From a virus: a stretch of DNA of 64,000 nucleotides. Positions 1 to 9,805 of the stretch are shown piece after piece (the stretch's first letter is position 1; each line of letters begins with the position of its first letter). The translations under genes and the position numbers were made by a program. The stretch covers positions 1 through 64,000 of the IMG/VR virus record IMGVR_UViG_3300047408_000067; one strand, given 5' to 3'. The notes beneath the pieces are model-generated. The model saw only the letters and a program-made list of their open reading frames with translations, did no database searches and was not told the origin of the DNA.

Positions 1-648
1 CTTGAAAAACGGACGGTTGGTAAGACCGCCGCCGAACAGAACGTTTTTGACCGTCTTGCCGTCTGATCCAGTAAACGAGCCAATCTCGGCGCTGAAGTAG
101 CGGTAGATGTCCCGCTCCAACAGGCTGCGACCTGCATCCGTCCACTCGACGTCAGCAAACAGCCCAACGTGGTTCTGCCCGCCTATTTCGCTGGCACCGT
201 GGTGTACAGACTTGAACCATCCCAGCGCCTTGCCTCTATCATGGCCCTCATCAACCATGATGTCGGTTCCGAGCACTCTCTTGTCGAAATTACGCTTGGC
301 AGCACGTAACATCGGCGCTGAGAAGTCCAAATCGCCATACCAGGGATGCTTGAATTTGCCTTCCGGCAAAACAGGTATGCGACTGGTATACCGTCCGCCT
401 TCCTCCTTTAGTACGATTGTTGGTAGTGCGTAGAACTGAGCAATCGTGGCATCGGCAGAGTGCTCAGTACTCTTCTTGCCGATTGCCGTCGGATGTGCCT
501 TCTTCACGGCACCAATGCACGCGATAATCGCATCTTTATCCGAGCCTCCCTTAGCGAGTACTCCGTTTGCTACCCGTATGCACAGGGACTGCGCAGCGGG
601 AGACCAATTCTTGGACGGTCCTGGTGGGTTCTTCTTGCTCCAAGGCAT
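1..648 (-). CDS. Capsid maturation protease, Mu gpI-like (truncated by window edge)
   Basis: Manual translation from ATG 648: MPWSKKNPP...GKFKHPWYG...VDEGHDRGKALGWF...LFADVEWT...YRYFSAEI...GGGLTNRPFFK; directly downstream of portal; missing from ORF track. Confidence 0.85.
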   Translation of the reverse strand, partial: MPWSKKNPPGPSKNWSPAAQSLCIRVANGVLAKGGSDKDAIIACIGAVKKAHPTAIGKKSTEHSADATIAQFYALPTIVLKEEGGRYTSRIPVLPEGKFKHPWYGDLDFSAPMLRAAKRNFDKRVLGTDIMVDEGHDRGKALGWFKSVHHGASEIGGQNHVGLFADVEWTDAGRSLLERDIYRYFSAEIGSFTGSDGKTVKNVLFGGGLTNRPFFK

Positions 649-649
649 C

Positions 650-2155
650 TTATTTGACCTGCGCTGGTCTGGTTGGTTGTCGCCTGGCCGCTGGTGCAGG
701 AGCCGCTGCTGGTCTTGCTGGTGCTGCTCCCGAAGGAGCAATCACTGGTGCTGGTGTTGGCTTGGCTGCTACTTTCGCTGCGGTTTCCGCCTGCTTCTTT
801 GCGACCTCTGCCTGGGCTTTCTGTGCGTTGTCTGCGGTTGTGGCCTGCTTTTGTGCGACCTTTACCTGGGACACGCCTGACTGTGCTAGCTGGCGCTCTT
901 CCATCTTGGCGAGCATTTCGGTTTCCAGCTTGTCGTAGTCGATTTCGTCCTCAAACCCGAGCATTTCTGCCATCTTGCGCTCAAGTTTCAGCCAAAACTG
1001 AGCACTGGTGTTTACCTGACGGGCAGCACTGATGTGCTGGAACATCTCTTTGGTCAGAACCTTGAGATCGACACTTGGTGCCAGCAGTTTGATCTGCGGG
1101 TAGCGCTGCGTACCGTAGTTCCAGTCGATAAGCTCTGGGATAACGAAGCTATTGATGACCTGTGCGATGTCATCCCGCATTGCCTGCAAGAACAACAAAA
1201 GCATCTCAAGCTGCGTTTGTCCCAGAGCATACGACCCACCGCTGACAGTGGTCCCCATGTTGATGATTTGCCCGAGGACAGCTTTCGCCATTTCGATGTC
1301 ATGATGATCAATCAGGGGCATTGAGTCCGCCACCTGCCTGGTCTCATGGATCTCCATGCTGTAACCTTCGGGCACGATAATGCTGGTGTTCACTCCAACG
1401 TTGTCGAGAGCATCCTGGAAAGCACGTCTCTCGCTTTCCTGTACCCCAGGAGGCATGCTGCCTTCACGAATCGGGATAGCATTCAGGGCGTAGGCCAGGT
1501 GAGAGATGTAGTACAGCTTGTGCTTCATCTCAAAGTGCCTGTATCCTGGCAACATCATACTACGCCCGTACAGCGGGTTGAATTCTTTGCCAGTTACAAA
1601 CAGGACACACTTTTCCTTGGGGATTTTGACCGTCCCTGAGGGTAGTATCTGCTTGACGCCGTCAAAGCCACCCTTGTCGTCCATCTGCATGATGATCGAG
1701 TTACGCGGGCGAGGCGCTAGCTTACGCAGGACTGTGTGTCCGTTACGTACTTCGTGTACCTTTTCGAGTACCGCTGCGCCATCGAGCACGTACTTTGCTA
1801 TGTTCTGTATGACCATCGACCAGGGGGAGGTCATACCACCTAGCTCTGGGGGGTTTACCAGTTGAGCCTGTATAAAGGCAGCTTCCTGGGTGCCACCATC
1901 CACAGCCTTTACCCTGAGCTCGCCCGCCCGAATAGGCATAGTCAGGACGCGGTAGAGTGATTGCGCTTGCCCATCGGTCTGGATCATGCGGTCCAGATCC
2001 CACAACGTTACCGATGCTTCATCGAATAGCTCATCGATATCGAACAGTGAGAACGGGGATATGACAGCCTTCCCAATCTCGGCAAGATTGGGCTTTTCCC
2101 TGGTTTCGTCAGGCTGCAAATCCTTGACTATGTTTCTGGGTCGTCCTACGGGCAT
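650..2155 (-). CDS. Portal protein (Mu gp29/DUF935-like)
   Basis: 501 aa after terminase; NPLYGRSM, EMAKAVLGQ, GGSYALG, LIDWNYG motifs. Confidence 0.88.
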   Translation of the reverse strand: MPVGRPRNIVKDLQPDETREKPNLAEIGKAVISPFSLFDIDELFDEASVTLWDLDRMIQTDGQAQSLYRVLTMPIRAGELRVKAVDGGTQEAAFIQAQLVNPPELGGMTSPWSMVIQNIAKYVLDGAAVLEKVHEVRNGHTVLRKLAPRPRNSIIMQMDDKGGFDGVKQILPSGTVKIPKEKCVLFVTGKEFNPLYGRSMMLPGYRHFEMKHKLYYISHLAYALNAIPIREGSMPPGVQESERRAFQDALDNVGVNTSIIVPEGYSMEIHETRQVADSMPLIDHHDIEMAKAVLGQIINMGTTVSGGSYALGQTQLEMLLLFLQAMRDDIAQVINSFVIPELIDWNYGTQRYPQIKLLAPSVDLKVLTKEMFQHISAARQVNTSAQFWLKLERKMAEMLGFEDEIDYDKLETEMLAKMEERQLAQSGVSQVKVAQKQATTADNAQKAQAEVAKKQAETAAKVAAKPTPAPVIAPSGAAPARPAAAPAPAARRQPTRPAQVK

Positions 2156-2165
2156 TGGACATATC

Positions 2166-3944
2166 CTACAACAGCTTGCTCAGGTTGCTAAAAGTAGATC
2201 GCAAGTCCATACCACGCGGAACTAGGTCAGCAAGGGACATTGCGGCGCTGCCTCCAATGGACCCTCCCACATGAAGATCCTCTATACGCCCACGCCCGTA
2301 TACATTCGCAGCCGCTTTCGCATAATTATCAGCGTGGCGATAATGGTCGTCTCCCACTTTCAACCATACCGCTATGGTGTTACCTTTTGTGTCCTCCCCC
2401 AGGTCGCGCTTCATATTGGTCATCTGTTTGATAAACTCTTCCTGGTCCTCGGACAAATTCTTCAAGGGGTCACCCACCAGGAATGCCATGCCATCAATCC
2501 AGTCCTGAGCACTATCATCCAGAGTTTCCGTTCTGTCCAGGTGCATAGTGCTGGTTTCGACTTCTTGCTCTTTCTTACGCTTCTCCGTCTCACGACGCTT
2601 GTTCTCGGTTACGTACTTCTTCTCTTCACGCTGGTCCTTGTAGTAGGCCATGTACATGCGGCCCCTGAACCGTTGTACTAGATCTCTGGCGTTGTGCTTA
2701 TTGGGGAGAGCGTCAATAATTCCCGACCGCACACGGTACAGACTAATGATGCTATCAATTTTATAGAAGTCATTGGTAACTCCGAAAGCAACCACGGCCA
2801 TCCTTCCCGTGGGAAGGACTCTTCGTACAACCCAGTGGAGTAGGTCACCTTGATCGACTCCAATGACATTGAACCCTGTGTCGGGAACTGATGCCTGCAT
2901 TGTCCTGATGATTGCGTCACGAGTTATCAGCCCTTCGCCGCTAAGGTATGGCAGACCAAGGTCAAAGTTGTAGAAGCGCTTGCGCGCGAAACTGGTGTTC
3001 TTTCGTTCTACCTTACGCCATTCACTCCATACGCTTTTCGCAGTGACGTAGGTAAACGTTAGCGGGTTGATCCAGTAACCGCGCATACCCTCGGCTGGCG
3101 CAACTAGTCGTCCCTGGTCGTCGTAGATGGCATCAGTTGCCTTGTTGGGGTGCTTGGCTACCCACGCCCCCCGCCGTCGATTTAGACGTGTCTTGCAGCG
3201 TCTACAACCGAAGTACGGCGTGCCCCCCGCCCGTTTTAGCAGGCTGTGCTCGAAAGTTACGTCCTGCCACTTGCCACAGGAGGTACATCGTACGAGCCAA
3301 TGTCTTTCATCCGTATCTTTATATAGCGAGTTGATTCCGAAGTCTGGTATCGACGGAGTACTGAAACGCCAGAACCATTTGAGCTTACTGGCACCCACCC
3401 TTTTTTCGAAAGTGTCCATGACAGCTTGATCGCTGAAATCGTACTCATCGTTGACGATGATGTCCGCAGGTACAGAAATAGCCTGGCTGTGTTTCTGAGC
3501 ACCACGGAAGTAGAGAGTGCTCGCGCCCATACGCTTGAGCGTGGCATTGTCAACGTTGCCCATCCTTGCACTGAGGTATTGTGACGCCTTTATTACTGGC
3601 GCAAATCGCGCCTGGGAGAACTCGAACACGTCCTTGGCAGTAGGCATCGTGTATATGGCTGTGATGTTATGTGTGTCGCAGTAGTACAGGAGCTTACAGA
3701 TCTGGCAGGTGGTCATGCCGATCTGGCTACCCTTTTGGGCCACAATCTGGGGATGCCAGTCCCTGTAGACGTCCACCATAGGCAGGTGGTCCATAAACTC
3801 CAGCGGCTCGAGCTTCTCCGTCTTCAACTGTGCGCGTGCTCTCATCCAGGTAATCGGGTCTATATCACCCAGGATCTCGCCAGCTACGTCCGGGTTGTCT
3901 TTGATCAGCTCGGCAAAACCAGCGGTTACGTCAGCCAGCGCCAT
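2166..3944 (-). CDS. Terminase large subunit (GpA-like)
   Basis: KGSQIGMTT Walker A variant, IVNDEYD Walker B, FSTPS motif III, CxxC pairs, GVDQG and DDHYRHAD nuclease motifs. Confidence 0.92.
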   Translation of the reverse strand: MALADVTAGFAELIKDNPDVAGEILGDIDPITWMRARAQLKTEKLEPLEFMDHLPMVDVYRDWHPQIVAQKGSQIGMTTCQICKLLYYCDTHNITAIYTMPTAKDVFEFSQARFAPVIKASQYLSARMGNVDNATLKRMGASTLYFRGAQKHSQAISVPADIIVNDEYDFSDQAVMDTFEKRVGASKLKWFWRFSTPSIPDFGINSLYKDTDERHWLVRCTSCGKWQDVTFEHSLLKRAGGTPYFGCRRCKTRLNRRRGAWVAKHPNKATDAIYDDQGRLVAPAEGMRGYWINPLTFTYVTAKSVWSEWRKVERKNTSFARKRFYNFDLGLPYLSGEGLITRDAIIRTMQASVPDTGFNVIGVDQGDLLHWVVRRVLPTGRMAVVAFGVTNDFYKIDSIISLYRVRSGIIDALPNKHNARDLVQRFRGRMYMAYYKDQREEKKYVTENKRRETEKRKKEQEVETSTMHLDRTETLDDSAQDWIDGMAFLVGDPLKNLSEDQEEFIKQMTNMKRDLGEDTKGNTIAVWLKVGDDHYRHADNYAKAAANVYGRGRIEDLHVGGSIGGSAAMSLADLVPRGMDLRSTFSNLSKLL

Positions 3945-3948
3945 TAGA

Positions 3949-4026
3949 TCATACCACCCCTAGAATCCTGAGCAGTACGATGATGACCAGAATAGTGATG
4001 ATCAGCCCGCCAACACCGTACATCAT
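3949..4026 (-). CDS. 25-aa hydrophobic membrane peptide
   Basis: MMYGVGGLIITILVIIVLLRILGVV; ATGA overlap with upstream ORF, ends 4 nt before TerL start. Confidence 0.6.
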   Translation of the reverse strand: MMYGVGGLIITILVIIVLLRILGVV

Positions 4027-4313
4027 GCTTTCTTCTCCTCAAGGGCAGCCCGCAGCTTCGTGATCTCGTTTTCAACCAGAACATAGTACGGCTCGCCCGT
4101 GGCCCAATCAAGACCCAGGCGTTTGATCTGCCGCCGCTGTAGTTCCTTTTCTATTTCCCAGGCTCTCTGGTAGTCGATGATGGCATTGGCTTGGACTGTA
4201 TGTACTGAGCCAGTGCCTTCTCCGCTATCTGGTCCAGCGGGTGACAGCTCAGTACGACGCCAGTAATCTCGCCGCGTCGTATCTTGATTATCAGCTCCAG
4301 GCATTTCGGGCAT
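4023..4313 (-). CDS. Hypothetical protein
   Basis: 96-aa ORF tightly packed in packaging operon. Confidence 0.65.
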   Translation of the reverse strand: MPEMPGADNQDTTRRDYWRRTELSPAGPDSGEGTGSVHTVQANAIIDYQRAWEIEKELQRRQIKRLGLDWATGEPYYVLVENEITKLRAALEEKKA

Positions 4314-4316
4314 TCC

Positions 4317-5003
4317 TCAGGATTCATCTTCGGAAAACGCTTCTCTACGGGCTGCGGCTATAGCCCTGCTGGCCTGCCCACTGACATTGGACATCTGGCC
4401 AATGAGTAGTCGCTGCTGCTCTGGAGGCAACTGGTCGAAGGAGACCTTTAGCTCTTGCTTCCGGTTGTCGTAGTAAGTGACTGCCCCACCAGTGGATGTG
4501 GTGATCGGCTGGCCGTTCGTTTTCTTCAGGATGCGCTCGCGCTCCTCGCGGGTAAACTTCATGAGGTTGATGGCTTCCCCAACGTTCTTGGGAAACATAC
4601 CGTAGCGCTTGGGGTAGCGCAGTACCTCACGCATGATATGCTGGATTTGACTGAGTACCTTGGCGGTCTCAATGTCGTCCATAGCCAACTGCTGCAAGAC
4701 CGGGTCCTCGCTGGTGCGCAGCATCCTCTGTAGCTCGTTGTGGTAGACGGCTGCTTTGGCTTCCCAGTCAAACTTGTCGCGCCATCTGGTGATCGTAACA
4801 ACGGGTACGTCCGTCTTCAGCTTGTCACTGCAGACCCTGCTGGTCTGGCTACTATTTTGCTCGTTGTGAAGCCAGATGCGGAATACCTTCTCGCGGAAAG
4901 CTGGCAGGTAGTGCGTCTGTTGCGCTCTCATCCTACCGTTCCGCAATACTTTTCGGCCCATGCGCTTATGATACACTACGGACAATATCCATGCAAAGTA
5001 CAC
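4317..5003 (-). CDS. Probable terminase small subunit
   Basis: HTH-like segment (VTITRWRDKFDW) then helical region, upstream of TerL; true start may be the internal Met (MGRKVL). Confidence 0.65.
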   Translation of the reverse strand: MYFAWILSVVYHKRMGRKVLRNGRMRAQQTHYLPAFREKVFRIWLHNEQNSSQTSRVCSDKLKTDVPVVTITRWRDKFDWEAKAAVYHNELQRMLRTSEDPVLQQLAMDDIETAKVLSQIQHIMREVLRYPKRYGMFPKNVGEAINLMKFTREERERILKKTNGQPITTSTGGAVTYYDNRKQELKVSFDQLPPEQQRLLIGQMSNVSGQASRAIAAARREAFSEDES

Positions 5004-5012
5004 TTATGTAGA

Positions 5013-5034
5013 AGACGTTTCAATTTGCTATACT
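5013..5034 (+). promoter_or_regulatory. Class-B promoter (AGACGTT-N9-TATACT)
   Basis: Matches motif repeated upstream of several early genes; precedes + strand operon. Confidence 0.55.
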
Positions 5035-5148
5035 AACTTGAGATGCCCGTCTATATACTGAGAAAAGGCAGTATCGAAACGGATACCACAGGCGAAGTCG
5101 TAGGCGCATCTCGCGCATATATACACCTACTATGCGAGGATATAACCA

Positions 5149-5322
5149 ATGTCATCGGAAGAGCCGAAGCAAGTGGAATCCGAAAGGATTCCGGTTCACA
5201 CGAAGAAGCCGGACTGCCTGCTGTGCAAGTCGAACAAAGAGCTTTTCGGAAGTACAATGGTAGTCTGCTATCAGGAAAAGTCAGCAAGCCCCGTGGCAGG
5301 AGAGCAGACTAGGCGGTTCTAA
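5149..5322 (+). CDS. Hypothetical 57-aa protein
   Basis: GAGGA RBS, MSSEEPKQ...CLLCK; TAATG overlap with next gene. Confidence 0.55.
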   Translation: MSSEEPKQVESERIPVHTKKPDCLLCKSNKELFGSTMVVCYQEKSASPVAGEQTRRF

Positions 5323-6605
5323 TGAATCTATACGCTAGCGCTGCAATGTACATCAGCATAGGTGGCCTCGCAGGCGCACTGGCGCTGAGTTCACTGCAGA
5401 CGCAGCAAGCAAACACAATCACTCCAGCAGAAGCTACCGCTGGTGTGCAGGTGCAGACAGGGATCGAGGTGGAAGTGGCAACTATAGAACCAGCAACAAT
5501 TATACCTTTGACGGCGGTTCCTCCAACGATTGCCACAACCATCGCTCCTCCTACGAACACGCTGGTACCTACAAGTACAGCTACGCCGACGGAGGATCCC
5601 ACCCAGACGCCCATTCCTGAAGTGTTGGTTGCAGCATTTGCGACGCTGCCTCTATTCCCAACCAGAGTAGTGGCGTCTGCACCTGTACAAGCACCAATCC
5701 CCAGGGTACCTACGCCTGTAGCTATAGAAGTGCCCGAGGTAGAAGAGGTACCTACAGAGGCTCCAGTACCTACACTAGCGCCCACTGCAACACCTATCCC
5801 TACGCCTGTCCCAACCAAGACTCCAGTACCGCCAGCCGTGGATGGGCAGACGCTAGCTGGTCAGTCCTGGCAGACGCAACAGGACTTTCTCGCTCTCCAT
5901 GGCGATAACGCGCAGGAGGCGTGGGATACCGAGCATAACAACGTTATCGCTCGCGCTCCTATATATACGCCTATATATACGAATACGCCCGAGCGCGCAA
6001 CGAGCGCACCCGATGCGCGAACTCCCGTGCGCACGCCTACCTTTATAATGGTCCCACAGGCTACTGCCACTAAAAAACCGACTGGAGGAGGAGGCTCTCA
6101 ACCCACCCCCACTGAGACAGCTACTAGCACAAATGTGCTACCAACAGGGACCCCGACGCTACCCACTCTTTTGCCCTCCGTTTCGCCAACAACAGCGACG
6201 TCTACCGTCGTCAGCACGCCCCTCCCGACGCCCACGGTTTCCTCTACGCCCATACCCCCTACGAGCACTGGAGTACCTACTTCAACCACCATACCCCCAA
6301 CGAACACACCTGTTGTTTTGCCCTCTCCAACCCCCACTATTCTGCCGTCTCCAACCCCCTGTGGGAACAACGGTGTCAACTGTCGCACACCCCTACCAAC
6401 AGATACTCTGAGGCCCACATCTACATCAATTCCAACGTTCACTCCACGACCCACAATCACACCTCTACCAACCATTACCCCACGACCAACAATAACCCCT
6501 CGGCCGACGCCGACACCCACCTGCGTCATGCCAGGAAACAGCGGCATGTGTTGTCCAAATCTCGATCCAGGGGACAACTGCGGCGGCGGTCCCGTTTTGC
6601 CATGA
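5322..6605 (+). CDS. Pro/Thr-rich membrane-anchored or secreted protein
   Basis: N-terminal hydrophobic helix, long PTATP/PTITP repeats, Cys-rich C-terminus. Confidence 0.75.
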   Translation: MNLYASAAMYISIGGLAGALALSSLQTQQANTITPAEATAGVQVQTGIEVEVATIEPATIIPLTAVPPTIATTIAPPTNTLVPTSTATPTEDPTQTPIPEVLVAAFATLPLFPTRVVASAPVQAPIPRVPTPVAIEVPEVEEVPTEAPVPTLAPTATPIPTPVPTKTPVPPAVDGQTLAGQSWQTQQDFLALHGDNAQEAWDTEHNNVIARAPIYTPIYTNTPERATSAPDARTPVRTPTFIMVPQATATKKPTGGGGSQPTPTETATSTNVLPTGTPTLPTLLPSVSPTTATSTVVSTPLPTPTVSSTPIPPTSTGVPTSTTIPPTNTPVVLPSPTPTILPSPTPCGNNGVNCRTPLPTDTLRPTSTSIPTFTPRPTITPLPTITPRPTITPRPTPTPTCVMPGNSGMCCPNLDPGDNCGGGPVLP

Positions 6606-6793
6606 TAGGTGCAGACGTCGTCACCGTAGGCACCATCATAGGTGCCCTGATAGGCACAGTAACTTTCCTTCTGAGAATATTGGTCTCAGCAAAGACAGCC
6701 CATATCAAGTCCCTGGAGGCACAACTCTCCGACGTCATCGCAGAGCGCAATCTCTACCGAGACCTCACCTTGTCCAACCGCCACAACCCCTGA
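6602..6793 (+). CDS. Small TM + coiled-coil protein (holin-like?)
   Basis: MIGADVVTVGTIIGALIGTVTFLLRILV then heptad-like segment; ATGA overlap. Confidence 0.6.
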   Translation: MIGADVVTVGTIIGALIGTVTFLLRILVSAKTAHIKSLEAQLSDVIAERNLYRDLTLSNRHNP

Positions 6794-6909
6794 ACGGGAT
6801 CATGAGAATGATCCCTGGGTAGGGTCAATTGGGCAGTGGTGGCGATACTGCTCACCCTTTTACTGATGATGGTATACGTCCTCTATCTCGTTCATCTGAA
6901 GGATCTCCT

Positions 6910-7242
6910 ATGACACGCATAGACAGAGAGCACGGCTACATCGAAGACTCACAACTCGACGGCAACACGCTCATCACGGTAACCGTGTACGATGTGCAGC
7001 CAACCACACCAGACCTCCTGGATCGCGTCCTCCAGATGGTACTGATAGAGGTAGGTGTGGATATTGCCTGGCAGCAGCCACCGCCCGTGGAGATCAATCC
7101 GCTGAATGCTCCGCTAGTTCCTGAAGCGGTGAATGTTCCTATACCTGAAGTAGAGGTAGGACCCACTCTTGAAGCTACGCCTACAGGGGAGCCACCACCC
7201 GTAGGTTCGGAGCCACGTTCAACGCATCCAGAGCCCTCGTGA
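6910..7242 (+). CDS. Hypothetical protein
   Basis: MTRIDREHG..., GAAGGA upstream. Confidence 0.55.
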   Translation: MTRIDREHGYIEDSQLDGNTLITVTVYDVQPTTPDLLDRVLQMVLIEVGVDIAWQQPPPVEINPLNAPLVPEAVNVPIPEVEVGPTLEATPTGEPPPVGSEPRSTHPEPS

Positions 7243-7457
7243 GGGTTTAGGGGTACCTTGGGTGTGTGGTAATGGGGGGCCTGCGAGCCTTAGAATCGTC
7301 AACGTCGTTGTCGAGACTAGGATTGGGTCTTGTTCTAGATGGTGGGTACCAGTGGGGTGTGTAGCTGGCGCTTGCGCTGCCCGCGGCCGGTACCTTGCGC
7401 TGGCCAGGGCCGTTTAGAGGCATTCTGGCGCTTAGCTGGCGCGGCGCTTGCGGACAC

Positions 7458-7488
7458 AAAAAAGCGCCGACCATTGGGTCGGCGCTTG
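7458..7488 (-). terminator. Intrinsic terminator
   Basis: On - strand AAGCGCCGACC-CAAT-GGTCGGCGC-TTTTTT. Confidence 0.85.
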
Positions 7489-7516
7489 CGGTCCGGCGCT
7501 GGTGTGGTGGCGGAGG

Positions 7517-7915
7517 CTAACCTCCGCCGCGCTCAACGCATACGCGACAGTGGCATCCGTCAAGCGGCGCGTTAGGCACCGCTGGCGCGGTGTCCTCCGC
7601 CGCGTAGTAGCGCCAGCGCCGCAACTGGCGCACCGCGCCGAGCACCATTGCTGCGAATGGTGAGAACGCTTGCGGCGCTGGTGTCGGCGCGTAGTAGAGG
7701 CTTGCGCCATCTTGAAAGCAATCGACAATCGAGTAACGCGCCACCGCTGCTAGTTCAAACGATGCAAGAGCGCGTCGGCGCTGGTGCTCAGTGGCGCGGT
7801 GGCTGAGGTATCGGTTGCTGCTAACGGTACACATGGTGGAGTCGCACCAGTCCGCATAGCGGACCGCGTGAAACGCGCTTGCTGGCACCGCTGGCGCATT
7901 GTTGAGGGTAGGCAT
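7517..7915 (-). CDS. Hypothetical protein (132 aa, C-terminal CxCxxC)
   Basis: GGAGG RBS before ATG 7915; followed by terminator. Confidence 0.6.
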   Translation of the reverse strand: MPTLNNAPAVPASAFHAVRYADWCDSTMCTVSSNRYLSHRATEHQRRRALASFELAAVARYSIVDCFQDGASLYYAPTPAPQAFSPFAAMVLGAVRQLRRWRYYAAEDTAPAVPNAPLDGCHCRVCVERGGG

Positions 7916-7970
7916 GGTATGTGTCCTCCGCCAGTGGCGGACCGCGTAGAACGGTCCGCCAGCAAGCAAA

Positions 7971-9170
7971 TTAGGCCAGTTTGACTCCGCCAACAATGTG
8001 CCAGTCCGCCGCGCCGCAACTGGCGCAATCGGCGGAGGTTACAAAGTTGCGAGCGGTGCAATGCTGGCACCGCGCCGTGGAGGTAAGAGCGCCGTTCGAT
8101 TGCGCCGCTTGCGTCGGCGGAGTCGGCGCTTTCGGCGCAACTGGCGCGGTTGCTGGCGCTTGCGTCGGCGCTGGCGCGGCGGAGGCACTTGCGGTGCCTC
8201 CATTGAATTGCGCGTAAGCGGCGGAGTCCGCGCCGATGAAACGGACACCAGCGGTGCCAATCGGCGCAAGTCGGAATCGTCCGTCAGGGTAAAGCGCCAC
8301 CGCGTAGCCTCCGCCCATTGAAACCGTCAGGCTATCGTTACCCTTGACCGCGCCCACCGCATGCGGACCGATGCACGCCAGCCAAACGGACGATATGACG
8401 GTTTGACCGCCGACGCGAAAACCGAGTTCTTGCAACCGCAAGCGAATCGCGGTGCTGAGCACCACATAGTCGGCGCGATTTGCGACACCAGCGCCACCGC
8501 TCGCAAGCGCCACTAGGCCAGCGTATCGCGTGCCCGCCAGTTTTTGAGCGACACAAGAGGCATCGTCGGCGGAGCCGCGCCAAACCGCGATTGTGGCGTT
8601 AGCACGCGCCAGCAAATCGGAGTCAACCGCCAGCGCCGATGCGACAGTGGCGTTACGTTCGCTTGCAACCGCGCCGATTGGCCTACGTCCGTTGAGCACT
8701 GGCGCTTGCACTGGCGCTGGCGCGTCCTCCACTGTCGGCGCTGGCGCGTAGTGGCGCTCAATTGCTGCGAGCATGTCCGCGATTACTGGCGCTGGCATGT
8801 CCAGCGACTCCACCGCAGCAATACGCGCCGTTTTCTCAATGTCCAGCGCCGATTGTGCCTCCGCCAGCGCCAGCGTACCCAACGCGGTTTCACGCGCCGC
8901 GTGCAACGTTGCGGTGGCGGGATTGTCGGCGCTGAGCACCGCTAGCGCGGTGTCGATTTGCGCCAGTGCTGCGATTGCGTCGCGGACCGCTGGCGCAATT
9001 TCAACCGCTGGCGCTTGCGGCTCCACCGCTGGCGCGGTGTCAGTTGCTGGTGTCTCTTGCATTGCTGGTGTGGTGTCCTCTTGCGCCAGTGGCGCGGTTG
9101 TCGCGGTTGTGTCGATCGGCGCGGCGCTGGTGTCCGCTGGTGTGGTGGCGCTGGTGCTCTTGTGAGCCAT
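7971..9170 (-). CDS. Ala/Pro-rich protein with C-terminal zinc ribbon
   Basis: MAHKSTS...; CQHC-x10-CASC at C-terminus; stereotyped GCG/CCA codons. Confidence 0.75.
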   Translation of the reverse strand: MAHKSTSATTPADTSAAPIDTTATTAPLAQEDTTPAMQETPATDTAPAVEPQAPAVEIAPAVRDAIAALAQIDTALAVLSADNPATATLHAARETALGTLALAEAQSALDIEKTARIAAVESLDMPAPVIADMLAAIERHYAPAPTVEDAPAPVQAPVLNGRRPIGAVASERNATVASALAVDSDLLARANATIAVWRGSADDASCVAQKLAGTRYAGLVALASGGAGVANRADYVVLSTAIRLRLQELGFRVGGQTVISSVWLACIGPHAVGAVKGNDSLTVSMGGGYAVALYPDGRFRLAPIGTAGVRFIGADSAAYAQFNGGTASASAAPAPTQAPATAPVAPKAPTPPTQAAQSNGALTSTARCQHCTARNFVTSADCASCGAADWHIVGGVKLA

Positions 9171-9444
9171 TAGGGTTTCATCCGCGCCGCGTGATATAGG
9201 TGTGCGGCGCAAAAACAAGATAACCGCATCTCAGAATGGCGGAGGCATTATTGGCGCTTGCGCATTGTGCTAATGGCGGAGGTTAGCACCATATGTTGTA
9301 TGCCTTCCGCCTGGACAGCGCCACCGCGTTATCAAATGCAAGCGCCGCCGAGATGCAAGCGCCAGCATTGTTTGTAAAACGGCGTTAGTCGAATCACAAC
9401 CGAATCTCAATGTCAAGTCGGCAGCGTTAGCATATGCTTACTCA

Positions 9445-9628
9445 ATCAAGCGATTGATATTTACACCGTTGTAACGCAAGCGTTGTATGTCTGTTACTCG
9501 ATCAAGCGATTGATTGGCACTGCTAGCACACCACACCAGCTAAGCGCAAGTAAAGCGCCGCCGCCGACCGATATGTTGTATGCAAAATAGAATATATTCT
9601 GTAAGCGCCGCTCGATCAATCGCTTGAT
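9445..9628. repeat. Three copies of imperfect palindrome ATCAAGCGATTGAT (operator-like)
   Basis: Direct copies at 9445 and 9501, inverted copy at 9615. Confidence 0.85.
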
Positions 9629-9706
9629 TGATTGCCTGCGCCAGCGAGTTTTCAGTCTTTTCCGAAAGATCGGAAACGTCGTAACCCGCGGAAAGCGCAA
9701 GAATGC

Positions 9707-9805
9707 CGGAAGTGTCGGAAGTTTCGGAAATTTCCGAAATTTCGGACGTTTCGCAAGCGTCGGACATTTCGGAAATTTCCGAAATTTCGGACGTTTCGGA
9801 AACGG
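9707..9805. repeat. Tandem array of 11 x 9-bp units (consensus CGGAAATTT)
   Basis: cggaagtgt cggaagttt cggaaattt ccgaaattt cggacgttt cgcaagcgt cggacattt cggaaattt ccgaaattt cggacgttt cggaaacgg. Confidence 0.9.

Noticed and set aside
7498-9160. Chi-like GCTGGTG runs
   Set aside because: Mostly explained by Thr-Pro-Ala codons on the - strand; not the exact GCTGGTGG; host Chi unknown
9707-9805. Possible CRISPR array
   Set aside because: Contiguous 9-bp units with no unique spacers; no cas operon
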